DNA of 64,000 nt from Mobula hypostoma. Its lineage: Eukaryota. Below, in pieces: positions 12,201 through 24,413 of the stretch. Below the pieces are notes generated by a model. That model did no database searches. It worked only from the letters and a program-made list of their open reading frames with translations, and had not been told where the DNA came from. The number at the start of each line of letters is the position of its first letter. Positions within the stretch are counted from its first letter, which is position 1. The stretch is taken from the NCBI RefSeq assembly GCF_963921235.1, contig NC_086097.1:67334001-67398000 (forward strand). The letters are read 5' to 3'. The translations under genes were made by a program, and so were the position numbers.

Positions 12201-15200
12201 ATAATCGTAGACAGCAGCCTGAATCCGCAATTGTCACAATGGGTCCGCAGACCTTGCAAAAGTATGGGTTTCTCAGTATAAATGTTTTGAATTGCCAGCA
12301 GGATACTTTTCTGAGCTTTACTGCATTTGCTGGCATTTACCAACAAACTCTGGCCAATATTCTGGAAGATTTAATCTGCTCAGTACAGCATACAAATATT
12401 CCTTGACTTTTTCCTGATTTGTATTTGTCATAATACAGTGTAATGTACCTGAATCTTCCCATCGTTTCTGTAATGGTACAGTCCCTCATCTTGTACACAT
12501 CTCTGGAAAAAAAAAAGCAGGCCTTAGCCCCAAGATACTGAGTCCTGTACGTGAGATTGTTCCAGATGCGTTTACTCAGACTCTCTTCACATTACAGATT
12601 TTCAATCACAGTGGGAGACAAAGTTATTACTCTGGTGATACATTTCGATATTTTGGATATCTGAAAAAAACAACAGTACAGAGATTGGCACAGTATTTTC
12701 TGTTTCTTTGAATGGCATCAGTACAAACCAAATAAATTGGAAATGTTCCAATACCTGCTGTGCCTAGTTTTCATTAATGTACGTTAAATGAAGCAAAATT
12801 TTAACTTTTTTTTTAAGTTTAAAAGTTAAACACATACAGTATATGGTGTGATTTTCCAACAAGTGAGATTCTAATGTTTACCCATACACATAAGTTCACA
12901 AGAAGTACTAACATTACTGAAACCATCAGCACAAGAGATTTCCATGAAACAGAAACTCCCATGGTTCCCTTACCCTTTAATGAGTGACTCATCTCCTATC
13001 AACTCTGAAGTCTTCCTACCATATATGAGATACAAGACAGAGGTGTCGTGGAATATGCTCCACTCAAAATTTGAAACAATCCCAGATAAAACAAACCATT
13101 TGATTGTGCCCATCAACTCTCTCCAGTATAGATTTACAAACACTGTTATGTGTGTATTACCATCTACATTCTCACCAACTCTTAAAATTATTGCAAAAGA
13201 ATGTTCGTAGAAACAGTAAAAACATTTGCCATGCTTATTACATGGCAAGCAGATAAATAGTTTCTTGACATCAATGCAACAAATAGAGGAACAGGATTAC
13301 ATAAATCAGAAAAATAAAGTGGAAGCAAACATTGGATGTGCAGATCTTCAAACGGGAGAAGAACAAAGAGGTACAGAGTAAAGTCAAAATAGAAATGAGA
13401 AAACAGGAAGCATTAAACAACAGGAAAACCATCTGAAAAGTGAATAACAGAGAAAAATCCAAGAGACAGAGGGATGCAGGAATTCTGATAATTTGTGAAG
13501 ATTCACGATATGAAGTAATTGGCCTTATTTCTCAACAGCTGCAACCATTGTGACCCCATGTGGCACCAGAACTCAGGAAGGCTGCTTTGAAGAGAGAACA
13601 AGGTCGTCCTGTTTTTCTTCCTTCAGCGGAGATGCATAGCATTCTACAAGGAAAGGAAATCAAGTTGAGAACAAATAAAACTCGTCCTGTGGGAATAATC
13701 AAGTTTGAATGACAGTGGAATCTCACCTCTTGCAAATGGCAATCCATCTTTCATCAGCGGAACATCTGAAATTCTTTTTCAAGTTCCAACGGAGCATTCC
13801 AATGCCTTAAACTTATTTTTAGTCCCAATAACAGAAAATTTTATTGAACAAACTAGAATTAGAGAAATTGATGTGGCCTGTACACCTTTTCATTATTTTG
13901 TTATATTATTTTAAATCTACAAATGCCTTTGTTTCTTTTCATAAGTTCAATATTTTAAATTGTTTTCTTAATTCAGACAGTTTTCCCGAGAGCTCAGAAG
14001 CTGACGGAAGAGATTTAATTCAAGTCACAAAGCAAACTTGTGTTCTCTCAAGGTCCTTTAAAAGATTATTAAGGTCCTTAAAGTATATTTTTGGGAGAAA
14101 TGTTACAGATACCTTTGTACAATAGATCGTGGCATATTAACAGAGCTATGGCTCCAGGAAGGACGGTGGTCTCACATCTGTGGCTTTTGTTCTAATTAGA
14201 TGCTTCTCAACTTGATAAAAGTTTGAAAAGCCCAGCAGGGTTCCTGATTAGAGTCCAGTCATAAAGCAGACCTGATGGATTGCTCTATTCTGCCGAGTAT
14301 TCTGCAAGTGCAGACTTTGCTTAGACCTGTCAGTTAATGAACTTCTGTCTGACCCTATGAAGCAGCTGTGATACAAAGTAATATAAACCAGCCTGCTTTC
14401 TAGCACCAGCTATTCAATATGATCCCAGGGGAAGAACCTGAGGTGCATGAAGTCTCCAGCCAAGACTGGTTCCATGGTGACCAGTTCTGCATCACAACAT
14501 TGGCATGTCTCCTACTATTAGTTTCTAGCAGAACAGGCTGAACAAAGTGCACTGCTCCCTGAATAATCTATGCTAGCACTATGCTCTGCTCTTCTGGTTA
14601 GATGAAAAAACCTCATATTTCAAAAGGAATAAAGATTTCAGAATGTGAGGTAAGGGGGACGGAAAAAAAATAACAGTAACACTACAACACCTATACTGTG
14701 TACACAGCCACCACACTCTCTTATATGTCATTTACTTTCATATTCTGTCAATCTTATTTTGTTTCCAACAGACCTTGTAATTCTGTATTGTTACTACACT
14801 GAGTTTCCTCTCTTGATCAAGTTGGGCACTGCACTCCTGTAGAAACCTATTAATGTTCTTGTTATTTGTTTCCTTTTCATATTCTCTCTGTTGAATAATA
14901 TTACAAACTATTTTCCCTGCCATTTCATGAAGGATTAAATGGCTTTCTTCAATTTACTCAGACTGACATGATATTGTGAATCACCACTTCTAAAAAAATC
15001 ATTAAAACCGTATCTCACTTGCATTATTACAGATAGAGTAGCATTCCCTGCATTAATGTTAAACTTACCACTCCATTTTGATGGGAATTTAAAATATGCA
15101 GCCCATTTAATAAACGGTTTATGTAAAGAAGGTAGAAATCAAGAGATAAACCATTCAGCTGATACTTTCATTGGTGGGATGTCCACGCAAGGTTATGGGG

Positions 15201-15647
15201 GGAGTTTGGAGCCAGACACTTATGAAGTTATTCAGAACAAAGCAGATCCTTCAGCCCAACTCAGCTATGTCAATCAAGGTGCTACCTGAGCTAGTCCCAT
15301 ATTCCTGCGTTTAGCCCACATTCCTCTAAACCTTTCCTATTCACGTAGCTGTTCAAATTTCATATACCTATCACCTTCTGATCCCCTTTAAATTGCTCCT
15401 CTTTTACCCTAAACCTAGGCCCTCTGGTTGTAGACTTCCCTATCCTGGAACAAAGGCTATAATGTTCTACCCCATTTCTACCCTGACAATAACATTCTGA
15501 CCCTCATGATTTTATATACCTCTATGAGGTCATATCTCAGCCTCCTTCACTCTGAGGGAGCAGTTCCTCTTCATCTAGAGCAGGGGTTCCCAACCTAGTG
15601 TCCATGGACCCCTCAGTTAATGGTAGGGGTCCATGGCATAAAAAAGG

Positions 15648-17477
15648 TGAGTAGGGTATAGGAAAACCCCAAGGCATTCTTCAATTATGTGAAGAAAAAA
15701 AGGATGACAGGAGTGAAGGTAGGACCGATTAGAGATAAAGTTGGGAAGATGTGCCTGGAGGCTGTGGAAGTGAGCGAGGTCCTCAATGAATACTTCTCTT
15801 TGGTATTCACCAATGAGAGGGAACTTGATGATGGTGAGGACAATATGAGTGAGGTTGATGTTCTGGAGCATGTTGATATTAAGGGAGAGGAGGTTTTGGA
15901 GTTGTTAAAATACATTAGGACAGATAAGTCCCCGGGGCCTGGCAGAATATTCCCCAGGCTGCTCCACGAGGTGAGAGAAGAGATTGCTGAGCCTCTGGCT
16001 AGGATCTTTATGTCCTCATTGTCCACAGGAATGGTACCGGAGGATTGGAGGGAGCCGAATGTTGTTCCCTTGTTCAAAAAAGGTAGTAGGGATAGTCCGG
16101 GTAATTATAGACCAGTGAGCCTTACGTCTGTGGTGGGAAAGCTGTTGGAAAAGATTCTTAGAGATAGGATCTATAGGCATTTGGAGAATCATGGTCTGAT
16201 CAGGGACAGTCAGCATGGCTTTGTGAAGGGCAGATTGTGTCTAACAAGCCTGATAGAGTTCTTTGAGGAGGTGACCAGGCATATAGATGAGGGTAGTGCA
16301 GTGGATGTGATCTATATGGATTTTAGTAAGGCATTTGACAAGGTTCCACACGGTAGGCTTATTCAGAAAGTTAGAAGGCGTGGGATCCAGGGAAGTTTGG
16401 CCAGGTGGATTCAGAATTGGCTTGCCTGCAGAAGGCAGAGGGTGGTGGTGGAGGGAGTACAGTCAGATTGGAGGATTGTGACTAGTGGTGTCCCACAAGG
16501 ATCTGTTCTGGGACCTCTACTTTTCGTGATTTTTATTAATGACCTGGATGTCGGGGTAGAAGAGTGGGTTGGCAAGTTTGCAGATGACACAAAGGTTGAT
16601 GGTGTTGTAGATAGTGTAGAGGATTGTCAAAGATTGCAGAGAGACATTGACAGGATGCAGAAGTGGGCTGAGAAGTGGCAGATGGAGTTCAACCCGGAGA
16701 AGTGTGAGGTGGTACACTTTGGAAGGACAAACTCCAAGGCAGAGTACAAAGTAAATGGCAGGATACTTGGTAGTGTGAAGGAGCAGAGGGATCTCGGGGT
16801 ACATGTCCACAGATCCCTGAAAGTTGCCTCACAGGTGGATAGGGTAGTTAAGAAAGCTTATGGGGTGTTAGCTTTCATAAGTCGAGGGATAGAGTTTAAG
16901 AGTTGCGATATAATGATGCAGCTCTATAAAACTCTGGTTAGGCCACACTTGGAGTACTGTGTCCATTTCTGGTCACCTCACTATAGGAAGGATGTGGAAG
17001 CATTGGAAAGGGTACAGAGGAGATTTACCAGAATGCTGCCTGGTTTAGAAAGTATGCATTATGAGCAGAGATTAAGGGAGCTAAGGCTTTACTCTTTGGA
17101 GAGAAGGAGGATGAGAGGAGACATGATAGAAGTGTACAAGATAATAAGAGGAATAGATAGAGTGGATAGCCAGTGCCTCTTCCCCAGGGCACCACTGTTC
17201 AATACAAGAGGACATGGCTTCAAGGTAAGGGGTGGGAAGTTCAAGGGGGATATTAGAGGAAGGTTTTTTACTCAGAGAGTGGTTCGTGTGTGGAATGCAC
17301 TGCCTGAGTCAGTGGTAGAGGCAGATATACTAGTGAAGTTTAAGAGACTACTAGACAGGTATATGGAGGAATCTAAGGTGGGGGCTTATATGGGAGGCAG
17401 GGTTTGAGGATCGGCACAACATTGTGGGCCGAAGGGCCTGTACTGTGCTGTACTATTCTATGTTCTATGTTCTATGT
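15648..17477 (+). mobile_element. Young 5'-truncated CR1 LINE with 3'UTR and (TTCTATG)n tail
   Basis: Uninterrupted RT ORF followed by ggccgaagggcctgtactgtgctgta and ttctatg repeats. Confidence 0.95.
15689..17407 (+). CDS. CR1 ORF2 reverse transcriptase and C-terminal region (572 aa; endonuclease domain absent)
   Basis: Motifs [56 protein letters not shown]; no internal stops. Confidence 0.9.
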   Translation: MKKKRMTGVKVGPIRDKVGKMCLEAVEVSEVLNEYFSLVFTNERELDDGEDNMSEVDVLEHVDIKGEEVLELLKYIRTDKSPGPGRIFPRLLHEVREEIAEPLARIFMSSLSTGMVPEDWREPNVVPLFKKGSRDSPGNYRPVSLTSVVGKLLEKILRDRIYRHLENHGLIRDSQHGFVKGRLCLTSLIEFFEEVTRHIDEGSAVDVIYMDFSKAFDKVPHGRLIQKVRRRGIQGSLARWIQNWLACRRQRVVVEGVQSDWRIVTSGVPQGSVLGPLLFVIFINDLDVGVEEWVGKFADDTKVDGVVDSVEDCQRLQRDIDRMQKWAEKWQMEFNPEKCEVVHFGRTNSKAEYKVNGRILGSVKEQRDLGVHVHRSLKVASQVDRVVKKAYGVLAFISRGIEFKSCDIMMQLYKTLVRPHLEYCVHFWSPHYRKDVEALERVQRRFTRMLPGLESMHYEQRLRELRLYSLERRRMRGDMIEVYKIIRGIDRVDSQCLFPRAPLFNTRGHGFKVRGGKFKGDIRGRFFTQRVVRVWNALPESVVEADILVKFKRLLDRYMEESKVGAYMGGRV

Positions 17478-19949
17478 AACTCCTGATCTAGTACATAGTT
17501 TAAATCTTATTGTAACCTCAGATAATCTTCTCCTCTGCCCACTATGACACCAATGTTGATGCCATCTGCAAACTTTTTTAATCATGCAGTTTCATATAAT
17601 TTGTTAATATGTATGACAACTAACAGGGCATTCAGTACTGATCCCTGCAGCACACCATTGGTCACAGGTCTCCAATCTGAAAAACAGCGCTCCACTACCA
17701 GCCCCATCTCCTACCACCAGACCAATTTTGTATCCAATGGACTAGCAGACCCTGGGTAACATGTGATCTAAACTTCTGAACCATCCTACTATACCCTGTT
17801 ATATAGGACCCTGTTAAAACCCTTGCCAAATTCCACCTAGAAAACATCTATCTTGGTGCTCCTTTTTATCCTCTTGGGCACCTCTTCAAAATGATCAAAC
17901 ATGATTTCTCTTGCATGAGGCAGTGCTGACTGTTTTAATCAGTCCTTAGCTTTATCAGAATCTCCTCCAGTAATTTTCCTACCACTAGTGTTAAACTCAT
18001 TGGCTTGTAGTACCTTAGTTAATGGTTACAGGTTTTACTATATAAAGAGACAACATTTGCCATCCTTCAGTCTTTTAGTGCCTCACCTATGGCTAATGAT
18101 TATATAACGATATCTGTCAGGGCCGCAGCAACTTCTTCCAAAGCTATACCAGTCAGACTCAAGGGATTTGTCCACCCTTATGTGCTTCAAGACCGCAAAT
18201 GCTTATTTTGTAATGTTGAATTGTGATTTTGGAAAGTCAGAAATATGGGCAACCGGTCTGGCTTGGCTTCCAGTATTAAGCAACTAATACAGAAGAGACT
18301 GCAGCATAGGAAAGGGTATGTTTGAGAATGCAGGATCTGGGTCCTTCTTCTCCACGTCCACAAGCTGTGCTGTTACCTAAATGATATACACAGCTTTCCT
18401 TTAGCCAGGTTTTCTGGGACCCGTAGCCAATATTGTTTTAAAAATAAGCAACTCACAATCTGCCAGTGAGGCAGTCAACTACTCTCAACCTAACTCTGCT
18501 AAAAGTGCAATTATGTGGGTTTGAAACAAGTTGGATTTGAGGTGGGAATAATTACATTTTATTTTCTTGTTAGACACGACTCATCCAATTACCCTCCCAC
18601 CCCAATGTTCCAACTTTTAATATGTGCAATAATATTCTTAATCCCGTGGTAGAATTTATTACTACATTGGAATTACAATTTGACACATGATTGCAGGATA
18701 GGTATTGTAATGTAGTTTACACACGCATGCAGTATTTTTGACTTCATTGGACAACATCAAAATAATATTGCAAATGAATAGTAAGTATTTCCCATATTCA
18801 TCTTAAGGCAAATGAAGAAGAAGACAAGAATATAAATAGCAATTAAGTTTCTGTAGTCAATGTGAAAACTATTTTTGCAACTGATATCAACATATGGAAA
18901 TCTACTTTGTAACAATGAGTTACTTTCTTATAATGTTGGCAAATATTCAACTTGCCTTTCAGATGTACTCTTTATGTAAATACACACATTTCAAAGAATT
19001 ATAATGCAATTCCTGTATATTTAAAGTTATTTGGATTACTTGTTGGCATCCATTCAGTAATGTATTCAGATGAAATACTTTCTGTCTTGCGAAATGCCTA
19101 AAATAGTTGGACGGCCTCAGATGCCTTAGCCACTTGATAATGTAATCTAAATGTGGTGAACTGACGTCAATGTGCAGTTTTGTATAAGGCAAAGCCATTA
19201 AATAGTTCAGCAAACATTTTCAAACCGGTGGGCAATAAAGCATACAAGTATTGTAGTCACACCTCAAAGAGGCCAAAACTCACTAAAGTCTTTGTTGAGC
19301 TTCTGGGAACTGAAAATATCAATATTCTTGTCAGTCTATGATCTGTGAAAGTTTATCTCAAATCACAATCTCTGAAACAAATTAAACAAGTACTGATTAG
19401 TACCTTAAGCAGTTTGCCATTTTGTAAAGAATAGGACCGCTGACACATCGTGTTTCACAAGATGGGATACAGGTTTCCCCTGCCATCCGAAGGTACAGCG
19501 TTCCTATGAAACGGTTCGTAAGCCAAAATGTCGTAAAGCGAAGAAGCAATTACCATTTACTTATATGGGAAAATTTTGTGAGCATTCACAGACCCAAAAA
19601 TAACCTACCAAATCATGCCAAATAACACATAAAACCTAAAATAACAGTAACATATAGTAAACGCAGGAATGATATGATAAATACACAGCATATATAAAGT
19701 AGTAATACTTTTCCACAATCATTGCCGGCACAGATCTCCGTAGCGAAAATCTCACGCAAGCGCTGTTGGCAAAAACACGGAGCAAGCGCTCTCCAGTAAT
19801 CTTTAAACTATGAAGCTGCCAAATCATACCAAATAACACGTAAAAATACACAAACAACAGGAATTCTGCAGATGCTGGAAATTCAAGCAACACACATCAA
19901 AGTTGCTGGTGAACGCAGCAGGCCAGGCAGCATCTGTAGGAAGAGGTGC

Positions 19950-19985
19950 AGTTGACGTTTCAGGCCGAGACCCTTCGTCAGGACT
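19950..19985 (-). ncRNA. Minimal type I hammerhead ribozyme motif (Penelope-associated)
   Basis: Reverse complement agtc-CTGACGA-agg gtctcgg cct-GAAA-cg-TC-aact. Confidence 0.8.
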
Positions 19986-20982
19986 AACTGAAGGAAGAGT
20001 GAGTAAGGGATTTGAAAGTTGGAGGGGGAGGGGGAGATCCAAAATGATAGGAGAAGACAGGAGGGGGAGGGATAGAGCCAAGAGCTGGACAGGTGATAGG
20101 CAAAAGGGGATACGAGAGGATCATGGGACAGGAGGTCTGGGAAGAAAGACAAGGGGGGGACGACCCAGAGGATGGGCAAGAGGTATATTCAGAGGGACAG
20201 AGGGAGAAAAAGGAGAGTGAGAGAAAGAATGTGTGTATAAAAATAAGTAACAGATGGGGTACGAGGGGGAGGTGGGGCCTTAGCGGAAGTTAGAGAAGTC
20301 GATGTTCATGCCATCAGGTTGGAGGCTACCCAGACGGAATATAAGGTGTTGTTCCTCCAACCTGAGTGTGGCTTCATCTTTACAGTAGAGGAGGCCGTGG
20401 ATAGACATGTCAGAATGGGAATGGGATGTGGAATTAAAATGTGTGGCCACTGGGAGATCCTGCTTTCTCTGGCGGACAGAGCGTAGGTGTTCAGCAAAGC
20501 GGTCTCCCAGTTTGCGTCAGGTCTCGCCAATATATAAAAGGCCACATCGGGAGCACTGGATGCAGTATATCACCCCAGTCGACTCACAGGTGAAGTGTTG
20601 CCTCACCTGGAAGGACTGTTTGGGGCCCTGAATGGTGGTAAGGGAGGAAGTGTAAGGGCATGTGTAGCACTTGTTCCGCTTACAAGGATAAGTGCCAGGA
20701 GGGAGATCAGTGGGGAGGGATGGGGGGGACGAATGGACAAGGGAGTTGCGTAGGGAGAGATCCCTGCGGAATGCAGAGAGAGGGGGGGAGGGAAAGATGT
20801 GCTTAGTGGTGGGATCCCGTTGGAGGTGGCGGAAGTTATGGAGAATAATATGTTGGACCCGGAGGCTGGTGGGGTGGTAGGTGAGGACCAGGGGAACCCT
20901 ATTCCTAGTGGGGTGGCGGGAGGATGGAGTGAGAGCAGATGTACGTGAAATGGGGGAGATGCGTTTAAGAGCAGAGTTGATG

Positions 20983-21094
20983 GTGGAGGAAGGGAAGCCC
21001 CTTTCTTTAAAAAAGGAAGATAGTGGAGGAAGGGAAGTCCCTTTCTTTAAAAAAGGAAGATAGTGGAGGAAGGGAAGCCCCTTTCTTTAAAAAA
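20983..21094. repeat. 40-bp tandem repeat (~2.8 copies) at the palindrome centre
   Basis: gtggaggaagggaagcccctttctttaaaaaaggaagata repeated head-to-tail, then once inverted from ~21100. Confidence 0.95.
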
Positions 21095-23018
21095 CTATAT
21101 CTTTCTTTTTTAAAGAAAGGGGCTTCCCTTCCTCCACTATCAACTCTGCTCTTAAACGCATCTCCCCCATTTCACGTGCATCTGCTGTCACTCCATCCTC
21201 CCGCCACCCCACTAGGAATAGGGTTCCCCTGGTCCTCACCTACCACCCCACCAGCCTCCGGGTCCAACATATTATTCTCCATAACTTCTGCCACCTCCAA
21301 CGGGATCCCACCACTAAGCACATCTTTCCCTCCCCCCCCTCTGCATTGCACAGGGATCGCTCCCTACGCGACTCCCTTGTCCATTCGTACCCCCCATCCC
21401 TCCCCACTGATCTCCCTCCTGGCACTTATCTGTGTAAGCGGAACAAGTGCTACACATGCCCTTACACTTCCTCCCTTACCACCATTCAGGGCCCCAAACA
21501 GTCCTTCCAGGTGAGGCAACACTCCACCTGTGAGTCGACTGGGGTGATATACTGCGTCCGGTGCTCCCGATGTGGCCTTTTATATATTGGCAAGACCCGA
21601 CGCAGACTGGGAGACCGCTTTGCTGAACATCTACGCTCTGTCCGCCAGAGAAAGCAGGATCTCCCAGTGGCCACACATTTTAATTCCACATCCCATTCCC
21701 ATTCTGACATGTCTATCCACGGCCTCCTCTACTGTAAAGATGAAGCCACACTCAGGTTGGAGGAACAACACCTTATATTCTGTCTGGGTAGCCTCCAACC
21801 TGATGGCATGAACATCGACTTCTCTAATTTCCGCTAAGGCCCCACCTCCCCCTCGTACCCCATCTGTTACTTATTTTTATACACACATTCTTTCTCTCAC
21901 TCTCCTTTTTCTCCCTCTGTCCCTCTGAATATACCTCTTGCCCATCCTCTGGGTCCCCCCCCTTGTCTTTCTTCCCGGACCTCCTGTCCCATGATCCTCT
22001 CGTATCCCCTTTTGCCTATCACCTGTCCAGCTCTTGGCTCTATCCCTCCCCCTCCTGTCTTCTCCTATCATTTTGGATCACCCCTCCCCCTCCAACTTTC
22101 ATATCCCTTACTCACTCTTCCTCCGTAAAAATACACAGCCTATATAAAGTAGAAATAATGTATGTACTGTGTAGTATCACTTACCGGAATTGGGAAAACC
22201 GCGCTGAGCACACTGATGATGGTGTGTTAGACTGAGTCGTCGCAGGTTGGGGTGGTGCAGTGACCCCCACCTTCCAGGCTACCAACCGATACATTGCCGC
22301 GAAGCACGCAGGGGTCCAGCGGTAGCCGGGATGCACCCGGCACATCTTTAAGCAAAAAGCCGAAATAGACATGCTAATTAATTACGTGCTGCCCGATACG
22401 TAATTTTCAGCCCAGATCAGTGCCGATTGCCGATTGCATCGCCTCCGATCTGGGCCGACCATTACGTGTGGGGAGGGACCTAGTTAATTAGCATGTTTAT
22501 TTCGGCTTTTTTCTTAAAGATGCGCTGCGTGCCTCCCGGCTACTGCTGCATTCTCTGCGAATCGGTACATTATCTGTCCACGGCCTGGGTGTTGGGGTAG
22601 TGGGACACTGGGGTGTCATCTCGTCATCTATTTCCATTAGGGCAGACAGCTCATCTTCTCCTATGACTGCCCGCCTCGATATCGAAGGTCGAGGTTCGTT
22701 ATCTGCTGTGGCTGATGTGGAAGGCTTGCTTGACTGCTGAGCCTCGCGCATTTTTCTATCATACAGTTCTTTGTAAGGACTCAAAGAATTTTGCAAATAT
22801 CCCCTAAACCTACATACCCTTTCAGAATTAAAGTCATACTTCATCATTACTCATTCAGTTTCAATTGTTATCCTTTCCTCTTCCAATTGCATCAGCTCTT
22901 CATCTATCAGTTCTTGGTGATGGGATGCCAAAACCTCTTCAACATCATCTTCGTCAGCTTCCACAAGCCAAACTCACATTGATACTATTCTGGTATCTGT
23001 CCCCCACTTTTCCTTCAC

Positions 23019-24086
23019 TACATCGACGACTGCATTGGCGCTGCTTCCTGCATGCATGCAGAACTCGTTGACTTTATTAACTTTGCCTCCAACTTTCACC
23101 CTGCCCTCAAGTTTACCTGGTCCATTTCCGACACCTCCCTCCCCTTTCTAGATCTTTCTGTCTCTGTCTCTGGAGACAGCTTATCCACTGATATCTACTA
23201 TAAGCCTACTGACTCTCACAGCTATCTGGACTATTCCTCTTCTCACCCTGTCTCTTGCAAAAATGCCATCCCCTTCTCGCAATTCCTCCGTCTCCGCCGC
23301 ATCTGCTCTCAGGATGAGGCTTTTCATTCTAGGACGAGGGAGATGTCTTCATTTTTTAAAGAAAGGGGCTTCCCTTCCTCCACTATCAACTCTGCTCTTA
23401 AACGCATCTCCCCCATTTCACGTACATCTGCTCTCACTCCATCCTCCCACCACCCCACTAGGAATAGGGTTCCCCTGGTCCTCACCTACCACCCCACCAG
23501 CCTCCGGGTCCAACATATTATTCTCCGTAACTTCCGCCACCTCCAACGGGATCCCACCACTAAGCACATCTTTCCCTCCCCCCCTCTCTCTGCATTCCGC
23601 AGGGATGGCTCCCTACACAACTCCCTTGTCCATTCGTCCCCCCCATCCCTCCCCACTGATCTCCCTCCTGGCACTTATCCTTGTAAGCGGAACAAGTGCT
23701 ACACATGCCCTTACACTTCCTCCCTTACCACCATTCAGGGCCCCAAACAGTCCTTCCAGGTGAGGCATCACTTCACCTGTGAGTCGACTGGGGTGATATA
23801 CTGCGTCCGGTGCTCCCGATGTGGCCTTTTATATATTGGTGAGACCCGACGCAGACTGGGAGACCGCTTTGCTGAACATCTACGCTCTGTCCGCCAGAGA
23901 AAGCAGGATCTCCCAGTGGCCACACATTTTAATTCCACATCCCATTCCCATTCTGACATGTCTATCCACGGCCTCCTCTACTGTAAAGATGAAGCCACAC
24001 TCAGGTTGGAGGAACAACACCTTATATTCCATCTGGGTAGCCTCCAACCTGATGGCATGAACATTGACTTCTCTAACTTCCGCTAG
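23019..24086 (+). CDS. Penelope-like RT (from the YIDD motif) plus GIY-YIG endonuclease; partial, no internal stops
   Basis: 344-aa ORF from the track extended upstream in frame through YIDDCIGAASC. Confidence 0.85.
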   Translation, partial: YIDDCIGAASCMHAELVDFINFASNFHPALKFTWSISDTSLPFLDLSVSVSGDSLSTDIYYKPTDSHSYLDYSSSHPVSCKNAIPFSQFLRLRRICSQDEAFHSRTREMSSFFKERGFPSSTINSALKRISPISRTSALTPSSHHPTRNRVPLVLTYHPTSLRVQHIILRNFRHLQRDPTTKHIFPSPPLSAFRRDGSLHNSLVHSSPPSLPTDLPPGTYPCKRNKCYTCPYTSSLTTIQGPKQSFQVRHHFTCESTGVIYCVRCSRCGLLYIGETRRRLGDRFAEHLRSVRQRKQDLPVATHFNSTSHSHSDMSIHGLLYCKDEATLRLEEQHLIFHLGSLQPDGMNIDFSNFR

Positions 24087-24377
24087 GCCCCACCTCCCCC
24101 TCGTACCCCATCTGTTACTCTTTTTTATGCACACATTCTTTCTCTCACTCTCCTTTTTCTCCCTCTGTCCCTCTGAATATACCTCTTGCCCATCCTCTGG
24201 GTCACCCCCCCCCGTCTTTCTTCCCGGACCTCCTGTCCCATGATCCTCTCGTATCCCCTTTTGCCTATCACCTGTCCAGCTCTTGGCTCTATCCCTCCCC
24301 CTCCTGTCTTCTCCTATCATTTTGGATCACCCCTCCCCCTCCAACTTTCATATCCCTTACTCACTCTTCCTTCAGTT

Positions 24378-24413
24378 AGTCCTGACGAAGGGTCTCGGCC
24401 TGAAACGTCGACT
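24378..24413 (+). ncRNA. Minimal type I hammerhead ribozyme motif
   Basis: AGTC-CTGACGA-AGG GTCTCGG CCT-GAAA-CG-TC-GACT. Stem I is AGTC/GACT, stem II is AGG/CCT, stem III is the palindromic ACGT; predicted cleavage after C24409. Confidence 0.85.

Larger units (their letters stand above)
15581..17485. mobile_element. Second copy of the hAT MITE, split by the young CR1
   Basis: caggggttcccaac…ggcataaaaaagg at 15581..15647; remainder aactcctg at ~17478..17485; flanks atctagag and atctagta. Confidence 0.7.
15200..18200 (-). mobile_element. Old CR1 copy interrupted by a MITE and a young CR1 (pieces ~15200..15572 and ~17490..18200)
   Basis: Degenerate CR1 3' and RT sequence on both sides of the inserted elements (e.g. 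gatccctgcagcacaccattggtcacagg); boundaries approximate. Confidence 0.65.
19853..22123. mobile_element. Palindromic Penelope-like insertion: minus-strand arm 19853..~21094, plus-strand arm ~21100..22123, 14-bp TSD
   Basis: The arms are near-perfect reverse complements. GIY-YIG ORF at 21346..21837 (CESTGVIYCVRCSRCGLLYIGKTRRRLGDRFAEH). CGTAAAAATACACA at 19839..19852 and 22124..22137. Confidence 0.92.
19470..22985 (-). mobile_element. pogo/Tigger-like DNA transposon remnant (one end plus transposase C-terminus), interrupted by a Penelope palindrome
   Basis: TA followed by caggtttcccctgccatccgaagg terminus at 19468-19470. ORF 22497..22847 (LSPYKELYDRKMREAQQS…) resembles Tigger/TIGD C-termini. The other end was not found. 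Confidence 0.6.

Noticed and set aside
15689..17407. Host gene or autonomous retroelement
   Set aside because: It is a 5'-truncated CR1 ORF2 with no endonuclease or promoter, and the called start is an internal GTG.
20983..21094. CRISPR-like array of 40-bp repeats
   Set aside because: The units are head-to-tail with no spacers, derive from the Penelope ORF, and the context is eukaryotic with no cas genes.
19853..22123. Palindrome as a pure assembly artefact
   Set aside because: The arms differ at multiple positions, have different end points and are bounded by a TSD; read-level confirmation is still advisable.
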